A stretch of DNA of 64,000 nt, from NCBI GenBank assembly GCA_965218295.1, contig CBDCKN010000003.1, forward strand, positions 224,001-288,000. Direction: 5' to 3'. The notes beneath the pieces are model-generated. The model saw nothing but the letters and a program-made list of their open reading frames with translations, was not told where the DNA came from and did no database searches. Origin of the DNA: Longimicrobiales bacterium (lineage in GTDB: Bacteria > Gemmatimonadota > Gemmatimonadetes > Longimicrobiales > Gaopeijiaceae). A program made the position numbers and the translations under genes. Of this stretch, positions 34,983-45,849 are shown piece after piece. Positions within the stretch are counted from its first letter, which is position 1; every line of letters starts with the position of its first letter.

Positions 34983-36503
34983 TCACCGGCTCGGGCCATG
35001 ATCGCGCTCTGGGCCGCGCCGGCGCATCATCTCCAGCGCGCGCGCAACGTCTCGGCGAGCTTCTTGTAGTATTCGGCCAAGCGTGTCATCCGTCCGTCGA
35101 GCCGCTCGATTTGCCTCTGCAAGGTTTCGCTCTGCACGGCCTGCCGCTCGACACGCCGCCTCAAGGCTTCGACCTGCTCTGAGTGCCGCCGCTGTTCCGT
35201 CTCGCACTGCGCGGACAACCTCTCCAAGGCCGCCGTCAACTGCCGTTCCAACTCGGTCATACAGCCTCCTCACTCTCTCGACAGCTTCACGTAGGGCCGA
35301 TCGCGCACGGTCCAGGGCGGATAGGCCAGCGTGCCGGCCGGCAGCACCACGAACCGCTCCCCCTCGATCTCCCGGAGCGCGATCCCCCAAGTGTCCTTCT
35401 CGAACTGAGCCAGCGTCTGCCGGGCCTCCTCGATGTCCCGGTCGAGTTCGGCGACCGTCTCGATCCGGACTTGGATGCGCGTCCACAACCAGTGCATCGT
35501 CGCCCAGCTTCCGCCGCAGATACCGAGCCAGAGGCTCAGGCCGACCACCAGGGGCCGGAGCCATGCCCTCAGCAACAGCGCGCGCATCCGCCCAGTCGCC
35601 GCCTCCGTATCGCGCTCGATGGTACGCAGCGCGTTCCTCGCGACGCGCCGCGAGTTCTCGCCAAGCCGATCGAGCTCGTCCGCGGTCAATCCCTCGATCT
35701 CCCGGCGTTCCCTCTCCAGCCGCTTCCGCAGCCGGTCGGTCAAGCCGCTCACGCTTGAAGTCATGGGCGTACAGCTCTCCTTTCAGACGCCACCGGTCCC
35801 CGGTCGCGGGGTACAGCGCCGTCAGGTAGTCCTTTCCTTGGCGCGGCACTTCGAGGCCCGCCTCCTGCAAGGCGGTGACGACATCGGCCCGGTTCCGCAC
35901 CGTGCCGTGCTCGACACGCTGGAGCAGGTAGTCGTGGATCAGGTCGCGGGGGGAGGATTCGAGCCCGAGCCCGGCCCGCAGCCGCGCCGCCTCGATGTAG
36001 GCGCGGTGTCCGGGTTGCTGCACCCTGGCCCGCGCCGGATCGTCGGGCCGGCTCCAGCCGTGTTCGGCGTTGACGGCGTCGCGCAGCGGACCGAAGGTCT
36101 TCTCCCAGCCGGGCGGCGCGATGTTGAGGCTCCGGCCGGTCTCCAGGTCGCAGCGCGCGGCCAGGACATGCACGTGAGCGCCGCCGCCGCGCTCGCGATG
36201 CAACACGGCCGCCCAGGCGTAGCGGTCGGGCTCCAGCCTCGCCCAGGCTGTCCGCTCGAACTCATCCAGAACCTCGCCGATCTGGTCGTCGGTCGGAGCG
36301 TCTTCCGGCGCCCAGGCGATTACGCCCGATGTGTACTTGTGCTCGAACGCCAGCGCGTCCGCCACGGCGGCCACCTGGTGGGGATTTCCCCGGAGGACCT
36401 CGACGCCTTCGCGCGGCTTCCCGGCCGCGTCCCGCCCACCGAGAAGGTAGTCGGCCGCCGCACGGGCCGAGCCGGTCCCGCGGGCCAGGAACTTAATGAG
36501 CAT
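34983..36503 (-). CDS. ColE1 MbeA-like relaxase
   Basis: [27 protein letters not shown]-terminus; [12 protein letters not shown] motif III. Confidence 0.88.
   Translation of the reverse strand: MLIKFLARGTGSARAAADYLLGGRDAAGKPREGVEVLRGNPHQVAAVADALAFEHKYTSGVIAWAPEDAPTDDQIGEVLDEFERTAWARLEPDRYAWAAVLHRERGGGAHVHVLAARCDLETGRSLNIAPPGWEKTFGPLRDAVNAEHGWSRPDDPARARVQQPGHRAYIEAARLRAGLGLESSPRDLIHDYLLQRVEHGTVRNRADVVTALQEAGLEVPRQGKDYLTALYPATGDRWRLKGELYAHDFKRERLDRPAAEAAGEGTPGDRGIDRGRARSAWRELAARREERAAYHRARYGGGDWADARAVAEGMAPAPGGRPEPLARYLRRKLGDDALVVDAHPSPDRDGRRTRPGHRGGPADAGSVREGHLGDRAPGDRGGAVRGAAGRHAGLSALDRARSALREAVERVRRLYDRVGTAVDGGLGEVVRAVRDGTAAALRAGRSLEAACRAAGRAERNLAEANRAARRTDDTLGRILQEARRDVARALEMMRRRGPERDHGPSR
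35027..35260 (-). CDS. MbeD-like mobilization protein nested within the relaxase gene
   Basis: [15 protein letters not shown] coiled coil; GGAGG RBS; alternative frame. Confidence 0.75.
   Translation of the reverse strand: MTELERQLTAALERLSAQCETEQRRHSEQVEALRRRVERQAVQSETLQRQIERLDGRMTRLAEYYKKLAETLRARWR
35270..35764 (-). CDS. MbeB-like mobilization protein nested within the relaxase gene
   Basis: Coiled coil plus TM segment ([14 protein letters not shown]); AAAGGAG RBS; same position as ColE1 mbeB. Confidence 0.72.
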   Translation of the reverse strand: MTSSVSGLTDRLRKRLERERREIEGLTADELDRLGENSRRVARNALRTIERDTEAATGRMRALLLRAWLRPLVVGLSLWLGICGGSWATMHWLWTRIQVRIETVAELDRDIEEARQTLAQFEKDTWGIALREIEGERFVVLPAGTLAYPPWTVRDRPYVKLSRE

Positions 36504-36831
36504 CGCGATCCGGGAACCCGACGGGGGCCAGCGCCGCGAGCGCCCGCTCGATGGCGATGAGGTGGCCGGTCACCTCGACGGCCTCGACCGCCCCCTTGTG
36601 GGTATTGGCCCAGCGGGCGATCTGGTTGAGGTTGTTGCCGATGCGCGCCAGCTCGCGGGTGCGCTCGCGCTCCACCTCGGCGTGCGGCACGGTCCAGGTG
36701 CGCACCCGGCCAACCGACCGGCGCACCAGATCCGACAGCGTCAAGCCTGCGGAACGCGCCTTGGCGTGCCACTCGGCACGCTCCGCTTCGCTGGCGCGGA
36801 TCTTCACCCACACGGCGCGTCCAGCGTTCAT
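36493..36831 (-). CDS. mobC: MobC/MbeC relaxosome accessory protein
   Basis: RHH N-terminus; LARIGNNLNQIAR motif. Confidence 0.9.
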   Translation of the reverse strand: MNAGRAVWVKIRASEAERAEWHAKARSAGLTLSDLVRRSVGRVRTWTVPHAEVERERTRELARIGNNLNQIARWANTHKGAVEAVEVTGHLIAIERALAALAPVGFPDRDAH

Positions 36832-36849
36832 GACGTGCCGTTGCCGTTC

Positions 36850-36932
36850 GGGGGGTCCAGAGGGGGCACAGCCCCCCGCCAGCCCCTGCCGGGGACCCGC
36901 GAAGCGTGGGCCCCAAAGGGTATGCTGGCTTA
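36850..36932 (+). other. oriT (ColE1-like nic region), copy 1
   Basis: Upstream of mobC; GGGTATGCTGGCTTA resembles the ColE1 nic region GTGTATACTGGCTTA. Confidence 0.7.
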
Positions 36933-37135
36933 CGCGCCTTAGACGCGGCCGACAAGCTCGTGCGCCGCAGCTGCGGGCGCACCGAAGCTCGACGGAAATC
37001 GGGCGGCCCCCCGGTCCTCAACACGCCGACCGTCGAGGGCGAGCCGTTGCAGCTGTTTGGCGCGGAACGCCCCACTCGCCGCCTCCGCCCGCCCGCGCCG
37101 TGGCTCTCGGCCCCGGCATCCTCGCGCGGTTCCGC

Positions 37136-37366
37136 CTAAGCGCCGTCATCCCGGCTCTCCTCGATGCGCTCGCGCATCCATTCGTCCACCTCCCCCTCGA
37201 TCCAGCCCACGGCGCGCGATCCCAGCGAGACCGGGCGGGGGAAGCACCCCTGGTCCAGCCGCACATAGATCGTGCTCCGCGCCAGACCCGTGCGGGCCTT
37301 CACCTCCGGCAGCCGCAGGAACCGGGTCGGCGGGTTCGTTCTCTGTTCCATCGGTTGTTCACTCAT
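37136..37366 (-). CDS. alpA: AlpA-family regulator/excisionase
   Basis: FLRLPEVKARTGLARSTIY..FPRPVSLGSRAVGW motif. Confidence 0.92.
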   Translation of the reverse strand: MSEQPMEQRTNPPTRFLRLPEVKARTGLARSTIYVRLDQGCFPRPVSLGSRAVGWIEGEVDEWMRERIEESRDDGA

Positions 37367-37643
37367 CGCTCTGATCCTCCTCGTTCTCTTCGTGCGTGAC
37401 GTAGGCGTCCGGTGCCGATGGCGACGGGGGCGGCGCCCGCGGGCCACCCGAGCCCCCGTCGTAGTCGTCGATGAACGCCAGAACCCGGTCCGCCGTCCTC
37501 AGCGACATGGAGCGTCCGCCCTCGATCTGGCGCATCAGATTCGGATCGCCCAACGCCTTCATGCCGAACGTCGTCGGCCTCAGGCCCGTGCGCCCGAGGA
37601 AGGCGCTCACGCGCGAATTGAACTGCCGCTCCAGCGTCTCCAT
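37359..37643 (-). CDS. Cro-like HTH protein
   Basis: PTTFGMKALGDPNLMRQIEGGRS..LRTADRV; upstream palindrome TAGGAGATTTCCTA next to TTGACG. Confidence 0.65.
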   Translation of the reverse strand: METLERQFNSRVSAFLGRTGLRPTTFGMKALGDPNLMRQIEGGRSMSLRTADRVLAFIDDYDGGSGGPRAPPPSPSAPDAYVTHEENEEDQSDE

Positions 37644-38071
37644 GCCCGAAACGTTGAGGAGCCGTCTTGGTGGACGTCAACCCTTAGGAAATCTCCTAAA
37701 GGCTTGTAGCGGCTAGAGATAGCCAGTACGGTACGCGAGCTGTTGGACACCGCCGCCAGTGGCATGGCGGACACCCCCTCCGCAGCGCTCGCCAGAGGTT
37801 CCCGTCAAGGGTCTTGGAGATCGGTCGGGAGGCCGTCTGGTTGGGCGATAGTGAGGGAGGGAGACTGAGTAAGAACGGCCTCGTCGTTCTCCGCGAAGCG
37901 CTCGGGCAGGCTCCCCGTACTGAGCCGAGCCACGGAGACTACCTTCAGCGCATGGTCCAACGCGGCGATCCAATGATGGATCCCTTTGCCGAGAGCGGTG
38001 TGGGAGTGGCAAGGTCCATCCAATGCAGGCAATTCGGTCGCGTCATCGCTCCGACCGACCGGCCGGCTCCA

Positions 38072-39268
38072 TTAGGCCGCTCCGGTCGGCACCCACGGTG
38101 GCACTGCGCTACTGATGTATTCGCACCACGCCTGAAGGACTTCGGCGCGGCGCTCCAGCAGGTCGGATCGCTGATACGCCTGAACAACCCGGCTTCTCGG
38201 GACGTGGGCGAGGCAGGCTTCCGCGACCTCCGCCGGGACGCCCGATTCGGCCATCCACGACCGCGCGCTCGACCGGAACCCGTGCAGCGTCGAGTCCACC
38301 CCGGCACCCCGAAGCACGCGCCCCGGCGCGTTCACGGCCAGCGGCCCGCCCGACCTCGACGGAAACACCAGCGCCGACTCACCGGACAGCGCGCGCGCCC
38401 GTTCGAGCACATCGAGCGCGCCCGTGCTCAACGGCACGGTGAACTCCCGGCCCGCCTTCATCCTCAACGCCGGAATCGTCCACCGCGCCGACTCCAGGTC
38501 GATCTCATCCCAGCGCGCCCCGCGCGCCTCTCCGCCCCGAACGGCGGTCAGCACGATCAGTTCCACACACAACGCAGCCGCCGAGGGCGCATCCCCCAAC
38601 CGCCGGATCGCCCGGAGCGCCGTCCGGACCTCCTTGTGCGGAAGCGCGCGATAGTGCTCCGGCCCGGTGCCGTTCACCCTCGGCAGCGCCGCCACCGCCC
38701 GGTCCACCGGATTGTCCGGGCGGTAGTTCCGGCCGATGCACCAGCGAAAGACGGCGGAGATCCGGTGCCGGGCCTTCCGCCCGGCGGCGGGCTTCGAGTT
38801 CCAGATTGGTGTGAGGCAGCGGAGTACGTCCGCGCTCGTGATCCGGTCCGCAGGCTTGTCCAGCAGCGGGGCGGCATGCAGACGAAATGTCGACTCCCAC
38901 TGCTCGGGAAGCGGGCTCCCAGCCTTCCACGCGTCGCGGTGAAGCTCGATGGTCCTTTCGGCGGCATCGGCGAACGTCGGGACGCCGCGTCCTCCGCGCG
39001 GGTCTTGGCCCAAGCGGACGCCCCGGCTGTTGTCCAGCGCCTTCTGCCGGGCCTCGGCGAGCGTCACCTCGGGATACGGCCCGAGCCCGATCGAGGTGAG
39101 CCGTCCGTCGATCCTGACGCGTTGCCGCCACGTCTTCGTGATCCGGCCGCTAGCCGTCCGGTGGACCCGGAGACTCAGCCCCCGCCCGCCGCGTCCGTCG
39201 CCGTAGACTCCGGGTCGGCCGACCGTCCGAACGAACGCGGCGGTGAGTGTCCTCGGTCGCTTGGTCAT
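38072..39268 (-). CDS. P4-like tyrosine integrase with arm-binding domain
   Basis: Arm domain (GLGPYPEVTLAEAR); catalytic R, K, HGFR, H and Y all present. Confidence 0.92.
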   Translation of the reverse strand: MTKRPRTLTAAFVRTVGRPGVYGDGRGGRGLSLRVHRTASGRITKTWRQRVRIDGRLTSIGLGPYPEVTLAEARQKALDNSRGVRLGQDPRGGRGVPTFADAAERTIELHRDAWKAGSPLPEQWESTFRLHAAPLLDKPADRITSADVLRCLTPIWNSKPAAGRKARHRISAVFRWCIGRNYRPDNPVDRAVAALPRVNGTGPEHYRALPHKEVRTALRAIRRLGDAPSAAALCVELIVLTAVRGGEARGARWDEIDLESARWTIPALRMKAGREFTVPLSTGALDVLERARALSGESALVFPSRSGGPLAVNAPGRVLRGAGVDSTLHGFRSSARSWMAESGVPAEVAEACLAHVPRSRVVQAYQRSDLLERRAEVLQAWCEYISSAVPPWVPTGAA

Positions 39269-40123
39269 GGCTTCCTTCTTTGGTGGTGTATCACTTTGTG
39301 CCTCACTACATAAAGAAGAATACACCGGATGCCAATGGAATACAAGAGGACAGTTCTACCGGGCGTCACGCTGAAACCATTGCAATACAGGATGTTACGG
39401 GACTTCTAGTGGACTACTGTGGATCGCCTCGGATCATGACTGGAGAGTTCAACCAGGACTGCACGATCTGCCGCACTTGCCGTCCTACCATACCTGATGC
39501 TGCCGTGCTTAAAGGGCGAGAAAACGGCATCAAATGGCGGGACACGAAATGGCAACAGCCTGGGCTATCAGGCAATCGGGGCGAGGGCGGACCGGTCGGT
39601 GGCGCACTGGACAGGCTGCCCTATAGCGACTTGTAGTAGTCACGAATCTTGACGGCCATCAGAAGTCTGCGAGTAAGGGTTACCTCAGGGGGTTAAAGTG
39701 CCCGGAAAGGAGTGGTGGTCTCTGTTCTGGCTTTCGGGCCTACCGCGTCGCCGCGCCCGTGCAGCTCTCCTCGTTCACGCGCAGGTACTCCAGGACGAAG
39801 GTGTCCACGGACTCTGACAAGCCTTGCATGGTGGAGGCAGCGCGTTCCGCGCCGCCGCTGTGCGTCCCGATGAAGCTATCCGTCCGCACATCGGGGATGC
39901 CGACGGGCCAAGGCCGCCGCCGTGATCACCGACGCACATCAAGAATCCTGGCTATCTCGCACGGCATCTCAGAAAGGGCGCCATGCTGGACAGCGATCCC
40001 GGCCTAGTGGTAGACTGACGATCCCCTCAAGCCAACGTGAGGAACCCCTCCTACGGCAGCGAATGGGACCTACCCACAACGTTCACACACGTCTTGCCCC
40101 TAAACCCTTAGGAGGGCGGAACC

Positions 40124-41890
40124 ATGGCATTTCAGATTCCGATCACGATCAAGGAGGCGATCGACCACATTCACAACAACCGTTACCTGCTTCCGGCCAT
40201 TCAACGGGAGTTCGTTTGGCAGCCGTCTCAGATCGAACGGCTCTTCGACAGCCTCATGCGCGGCTATCCGATCGGATCGTTCCTGTTCTGGCGAGTCGAT
40301 CCCGAAACTGCGAAGGACTACAGGTTCTACAAGTTCATCACCGATTACGATCAACAGGAACCCCACAACCAACCCCATGGGGCGCCTGCGGCCGTGCCTG
40401 GCCTGAAGGCGGTGCTCGACGGGCAGCAACGCCTCACGGCGCTGAATGTCGGGCTGTGCGGGTCCGGTAAGTGGAAGCTTCCCCGCCTATGGTGGAAGAA
40501 CCGGTGCGCTTGGCCGGAACGACAGCTCCACCTCAATCTCCTCGCGCCTCCGACGGAGGACGAAGAGGAACTCTCGTACAAGTTCCGCCTCCTCCCGCCC
40601 AAACCTGACCCGCAGGGCTGCAAACACTGGTCCCTGCACGCCCAACGCCGGAACGACCACGAATATTGGTACCGCGTGGGAGATATCCTCGGTTTCGAGG
40701 ATGCCGCGGACCTGATCGACGTCGTCTTCGACCTTGGGCTCGTGGATACAAAGAAGCCTCTGAGAATGCTCACCAGGCTCCACCACGTCGTTCACAGCGA
40801 TGGCATCGTCTCGGCCTACGAAGAGGCAGACCAGGACCCCGAAAAGGTCCTCAACATCTTCGTTCGCACCAACAGCGGCGGCACGTCGCTGTCCTACTCG
40901 GACATGCTCCTCAGCATGGTAGTGGCCCAGTGGGAAGACGCGCGCAAGGAGATTCACGAGCTCGTTGACGAAATCAGGGGCATCGGCAGGGGCTTCTCTT
41001 TCAATCACGACTTCGTGCTTAAGGCTTGCCTGATGCTCGGCGACAGCGACAGCATCCGATTCAAGGTCGTGAACTTCAGAAAGTCGAAGATCGGCACCCT
41101 GCAGCACCAATGGCATCATATCAGGAGAGCCATCACAGAAACGGTGGAGCTCGCATCCTCGTTCGGCTACTCTGGACAAAGTCTGGCATCGGCAAACGCC
41201 CTGTTGCCGATCGCCTACCATCTCCACCGCCGGCAGCAATCGTTGGGTGCCGAGGACCTCAAGACGATTCGCGACTGGCTGATTCGCTCGCTGCTGAAGC
41301 GCGGGATATGGAGCAGCGGCGCTGACAGCCTGCTGATGGCAATCCGCAAGGCAATGCAGCGGAGTTCCTCCCACAACGGTTTTCCGGCTCGCGCGATCGA
41401 GGAGGAGATGCGTACGCGTGGCAAGGGGCTGACTTTCGACGATGAGGAACTCCAAGACCTGGCCGACGCCGCGTACGATGGAAGGGCCTACAGCCTCCTG
41501 TTTCTCCTGTACGATTTCGTCGACGTAGCCACGAACCGCTTCCACATCGACCATGTCTTCCCGCGCGCGCTGATGACCCCGGCGCGCCTGAAGAAGGCCG
41601 GCGTCCACGAGGAAAAGATCCCCGAGTATCTGGATCGGGTGAACCGCCTGGCCAACCTCCAACTCCTCGAGGGAAAGATTAACATGATCAAGGGCGCCAA
41701 GCTGCCTGCCGACTGGCTGCGCGAGCAGTACTCCGAGGAAACAAGGCTGAATCACTGCCACCTGCACGATCTGGGCGACGTTCCAACCGAAGTCACGGGT
41801 TTCCTGGACTTCTACGAGACACGCCGAACCCGTATCCTGGACAAGCTGCGCCGCCTACTCGTTTCCGACAGCACGGAGAACCCGGACTAG
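40124..41890 (+). CDS. DUF262 + HNH-like (GmrSD-family) nuclease
   Basis: PAIQREFVW, DGQQR and FVRTNSGG motifs; C-terminal DHVFP..LANL. Confidence 0.82.
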   Translation: MAFQIPITIKEAIDHIHNNRYLLPAIQREFVWQPSQIERLFDSLMRGYPIGSFLFWRVDPETAKDYRFYKFITDYDQQEPHNQPHGAPAAVPGLKAVLDGQQRLTALNVGLCGSGKWKLPRLWWKNRCAWPERQLHLNLLAPPTEDEEELSYKFRLLPPKPDPQGCKHWSLHAQRRNDHEYWYRVGDILGFEDAADLIDVVFDLGLVDTKKPLRMLTRLHHVVHSDGIVSAYEEADQDPEKVLNIFVRTNSGGTSLSYSDMLLSMVVAQWEDARKEIHELVDEIRGIGRGFSFNHDFVLKACLMLGDSDSIRFKVVNFRKSKIGTLQHQWHHIRRAITETVELASSFGYSGQSLASANALLPIAYHLHRRQQSLGAEDLKTIRDWLIRSLLKRGIWSSGADSLLMAIRKAMQRSSSHNGFPARAIEEEMRTRGKGLTFDDEELQDLADAAYDGRAYSLLFLLYDFVDVATNRFHIDHVFPRALMTPARLKKAGVHEEKIPEYLDRVNRLANLQLLEGKINMIKGAKLPADWLREQYSEETRLNHCHLHDLGDVPTEVTGFLDFYETRRTRILDKLRRLLVSDSTENPD

Positions 41891-41963
41891 CACGGCTGGC
41901 AGCCAGAAGGGCTGTCCCAGTGCGGCAGGGCTGGCGAGGCTCGCTTTACCAAGCGAAAGGACC

Positions 41964-42362
41964 GTGAGAATTCTGGAAAACCTGAAGATCACTGAGTTGA
42001 TCGACCGCGCGACGTGGCGGGAAGCCGTCACCTACCGGGACACATGGCCCCATGAATACGTCCTCAGCCGCAAGGACGGCCAGCATGAATTGGTCGAGCT
42101 GGTTGTTGCCCGCTTCCGGGCTGGGGAGGGTGTCGCCGGCACTTTCTTCGGCAGGCCGAACACCTATTTGTTCATCGGCGACTACAATTACTGGCTCATG
42201 ACTCACTGGGACGCGGTCAACCTCGACGACGGGCAGGACTACGTGCTGAACCGAGCGCGCCTGTATCGCGACCGTCGTGACTTCGTCATTCAGACTGGCG
42301 ATACCGGGAAGCGCGAGGACTACCCCGCCAAACCGTCGAGGTCAATTCACCGCGCCGACTGA
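41964..42362 (+). CDS. Hypothetical protein
   Basis: 132-aa ORF with plausible composition and AAGGA RBS. Confidence 0.6.
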   Translation: MRILENLKITELIDRATWREAVTYRDTWPHEYVLSRKDGQHELVELVVARFRAGEGVAGTFFGRPNTYLFIGDYNYWLMTHWDAVNLDDGQDYVLNRARLYRDRRDFVIQTGDTGKREDYPAKPSRSIHRAD

Positions 42363-42499
42363 CGCTGATTGGGAATTTCCACCCCGACCGACGGGCGACA
42401 CCCGTGCGGCGGGCGGCCCCAGTGCGGCCGACCAGCCATCAGGACGCGCCGCCAGGACACAAAGACGGGCAAGCCAGCCTCCCGTGACCGCCGCCCGAG

Positions 42500-42596
42500 T
42501 GCGGGCCTCAAGGGGGGATCGAAGGGGGGCGGAGCCACCCTCGCCAGCCCCTGCCGGGGACCCGCGAAGCGTGGCCCCAAAGGGTAAGCTGGCTCA
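42500..42596 (+). other. Orphan oriT-like copy 2
   Basis: ~55-bp core nearly identical to 36877-36932. Confidence 0.7.
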
Positions 42597-42639
42597 TGAC
42601 AGGTAACCGGTCATGAGCCGGCGCCTCAGCGGATCGGTT

Positions 42640-42712
42640 CGGCCTCCGGGTCTCGTGTCGACGCTTGCCAGCTAGATACGCGGCCCAGGCCTCCATGACC
42701 TCGCGCCTCCGG
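42640..42712 (-). pseudogene. C-terminal remnant of a P4-like integrase
   Basis: RREVMEAWAAYL parallels RAEVLQAWCEYI at the end of the intact integrase. Confidence 0.6.
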
Positions 42713-42747
42713 GCTCGGTTTGGTCAAGAATTGTCCAATGCGAGCAG

Positions 42748-43662
42748 CTATAGCAGTCCCCAAATCCACTTGATCATGAATCCAAGAATCAAACAGGCAA
42801 TCAAATAGACCGTGCCCCAAAAGTAACTGGGACGGTCATGAAAAAGGCTCCTGAAGACATAGTGCAAGAGGCCAACTATGGCTTTAGTCTGGGCTTCGTC
42901 GAAGCCAGCTTCCTTGAGGTGGCGGTAGTAGGGGTGGTGGTAGGGTTCGTCTGGATCTTCAAACACGACGTCAACTATGGCTTCGGCCTGAGCTTCTTTG
43001 AAGCCGGCGGTATTGAGGATACGTCGGGCTTCCTGGACTCTGTCCTTTCTGTCCCGGAACTGGTGGAGGCCGGACGTCGGCCAATCAGTCTTGTGTCCGT
43101 AGGTGCTCAGGCACAAGGCATCAACTATGGCTTCGGCCTGGGCTTTCTTGAAGCCGTAATTCCTAAGGTAGCTTCTGGCGTTCATACCTTCAAATCCGGG
43201 ATCGTTTTCTTCAGATTGGAGCCCGTGAACGAACAAGGCATCAACTATGGCTTCGGCATCGTCCTGGAAGAAACTTTCACTGAGGGTGCGGCTGTGGATT
43301 TTGTGCCGGTCTTCGGTCAAGACGTCAACTAAGGATTCGGCCTGGGCTTCGTCGAAGCCGGCGTTCTTGAGGAGATATGTGTTGGCTCTATAGGCTTCGT
43401 CGGGATCTTCAAACATGACGTCAACTATGGCTTCGACCTTGATCTTGGCGAAGGAGGCGGCGGTGAGTGTACGGCGAGCTTTCCGGGCTTTCGTGGCCTT
43501 GGACCATTGGTCGTCACGGATGATGGAAGTCAAGGTGACGTCAACTATAGTTTTGGCCTTGGCCTCGGTGAAGCCGGCGGCCTTTAGTGTGCGGCGTATC
43601 TTTGAGCGACCATAAAAATACACGGTTTCCCCTTTCGTTCTGGCAATCAATCCTCCCGCCAC
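42748..43662 (-). CDS. Protein with 7 tandem DUF1640/CCDC90-head-like repeats and a C-terminal TM anchor
   Basis: Repeats LxxAGFxEAQAEAIVD; hydrophobic C-terminus; start uncertain. Confidence 0.65.
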   Translation of the reverse strand: MAGGLIARTKGETVYFYGRSKIRRTLKAAGFTEAKAKTIVDVTLTSIIRDDQWSKATKARKARRTLTAASFAKIKVEAIVDVMFEDPDEAYRANTYLLKNAGFDEAQAESLVDVLTEDRHKIHSRTLSESFFQDDAEAIVDALFVHGLQSEENDPGFEGMNARSYLRNYGFKKAQAEAIVDALCLSTYGHKTDWPTSGLHQFRDRKDRVQEARRILNTAGFKEAQAEAIVDVVFEDPDEPYHHPYYRHLKEAGFDEAQTKAIVGLLHYVFRSLFHDRPSYFWGTVYLIACLILGFMIKWIWGLL

Positions 43663-43683
43663 TGATAGTACCGGTCCACTGCG

Positions 43684-44914
43684 TGTACAGAGATGGTAAT
43701 GACCTGACAGTTGGCCCTCGCCGGAGCTGTGTCTAGGCTGCCTTCGTCTTAGCCTCCTCCTTCCTGGCCTTTGCGGCCTTCCTGGCGTCGGTGAGACCGG
43801 CCTTGAAGACCTGATAGGGCGTGCGGCCCTCCATGGCTCGACCGCGGTGCGGCCGCTTCCGGTTGTAGGTCTCCAGATACGCCTCGAGGTCCTGCTGCAT
43901 CTCCTCGACGGTCTCGTACCAGGTGGTGCGGCCCTTCACCCTCAAGTGCTCGTCGAGGAGCGTGCGGTGGAAGCGCTCGATGAAGCCGTTGGACTGGGGC
44001 CTGCCCACCTTCGTCGTGCGGTGCTCGATGTCCTCGAGCTGAAGGAACAGCTCATATGGGTGACGGTCCGGACGGCCGCAGAACTCGCGGCCGTTGTCGC
44101 TGAGCACGGTCTTCACCCGGACCCGGTGCTCATCGAAGAACGGCAACACGTCGTTATTCATCACCTGCACCGCCGTGAGCGGGAGCTTGCTCGTGTAGAG
44201 CCGGCCCCAGGCGTAGCGGCTGAAGCAATCGAGCACGGTCTGCAGGTACACCTTGCCGACCCCCTTCAGCGTTCCGACGAAGAACGTGTCCACGGCGACG
44301 AGGTCGCCCGGGTAATGGACTTCGATGTGGCGCTCCCGGAACTCGGGACTGAAGCGCTCCAGCAGCTCGATCTGCTCGTCGGTCAGCTTCAGCTTCCGTT
44401 CCCTGGCCGTCTCTTCGAGCCTGAGCAGCCGTTCGTGCTTCGTGGTGAGGCCATGCCGGCTCCACACGCCCCGTACGCCTCCTGAGCTCACCTGGATCCC
44501 TCCGAGCAGCAACTCGTCCGCGACCCGCTGAGCTCCGTGCGTCGGAGCCTCCAAGGCGTGGGCCAAGACCGCCTGCTCAATCTCTTCACTCACCCGGTTC
44601 GGGTGCGGTCCCTTCGGCCCCGGAAGCTGGTCGATCAGCCCCTCGGCCCCGTAAAGCTGGAAGTTCCTCCTGATCTCGTAGAACTGCTGCCGGCTGTAGC
44701 CCACGATCTTGCACGCCTTGCTCACGTTGCCGAGCTCCTGGGCCAACTGTAGCAGGCTCAGCTTGCGGCGCGCTATCTTCTCCCCCTGGACGGTGGTCAT
44801 CTTCTCTCCCGTGCTAAGTGAGTGACTTCGACATCTCTCAATTAGCTCCGGCGAGGGCGGCTGGCCACCGTCCTCTCTCGTGGTCAACTGTCAGGTGAAT
44901 ACCGTCTCAGCACA
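43684..44914 (-). mobile_element. IS481-family element (transposase 43733-44800)
   Basis: TGT..GACAGTTG ~30-bp IRs; 7-bp TSD CACTGCG; VAVDTF, SDNG and NGFIER motifs. Confidence 0.92.
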
Positions 44915-45159
44915 CACTGCGTCCGGCCTGCAAGAGGGCGGGCAATTCGGTTCCAGTAGCGACCAAGTCCCGCGCCATACCTACCCGGAAGTTAGTGTCT
45001 GCCAGAAAACCCTGCCAATCCTCTGTAGCGGGGCCGTTTGATGGTATTTTCGAGGTGACGAATCTGCGGTTTGGGCCGGGGCGCTGACGGGCTCTATGAT
45101 CTCGCTGAGGCTCTTTTCGATCCGGTCAAGCGACCCGAAGTCCACCGTCCCGCCTACCC

Positions 45160-45320
45160 AAGCCCTCGAGAGCCCCCGCAGGACGCGCCGAACGCCTTCG
45201 GAGGTGGTGGGGTCCGGCTTCCCCCGCCTCGAAGCGAGCGGCCATCGAGCCAGTCCTGCAGGCGGCGTAGCGCCCCCTCGTAGGCGCGCCTGGTGTTCGC
45301 GCTGACCCGAAGCTGCGGCG
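45160..45320 (-). pseudogene. Cre-like tyrosine recombinase remnant
   Basis: SANTRRAYEGALRRLQDWL and DPTTSEGVRRVLRGL; a similar fragment lies at ~12200-12255. Confidence 0.55.
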
Positions 45321-45479
45321 AGCTCGCGGGCCCTCTCCCGGACGGTCGGGAGGCCCTCTCCCTCGGTGTGCCTTTCGAGTGCGGATCCCATCGTGTCCAG
45401 ACCGGCAACATCGTGGAGCGGATCTCAGTCCAGGTCTGCTTCTCCGCGAGAGCGACAGCAGCGAATTGTATACGTGTAT

Positions 45480-45783
45480 CCAGGCATGAGGTGGCTCGCA
45501 AGATCCGCTCGCACGACGTGCTCGAGGTGCTGGCCGATCTGTTCGTCCGACACGGGCCTCTCGAGTATCTGAGGTCGGACAACGGACCGCAGGCGGCCGT
45601 GCTAGTCGAGCAATGGAGGCGCGAGTACAATACCGTCCGACCCCACAGCGCCTGCGGCGGCTTTCCCCCGGCCCCTGAGGCGATTAAGCCGTCGCCCTGG
45701 TTCCTGAGGATGCCCGTCCTTCACGGCCCTCCACAGATGCTGGGACTAACATAGGATGTGGTACCGCTCTTGGGGGCAGGTCA
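45480..45783 (+). mobile_element. IS3-family remnant (deleted orfB plus right end)
   Basis: RSDNGP|..WRREYNTVRPHSA; end GGGGCAGGTCA; reverse copy at 63319-63469. Confidence 0.75.
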
Positions 45784-45849
45784 GAATCCCTTGATCGGGG
45801 TCCTTGGGAGGCGGTATCCTCAAATGAAGGCCATCGGACTCAACTGGAG

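Noticed and set aside
42870..43575. Seven ~25-bp repeats with variable spacers resembling a CRISPR array
   Set aside because: Degenerate, irregular 84-150 bp period, in frame within an ORF encoding a protein repeat; no cas genes
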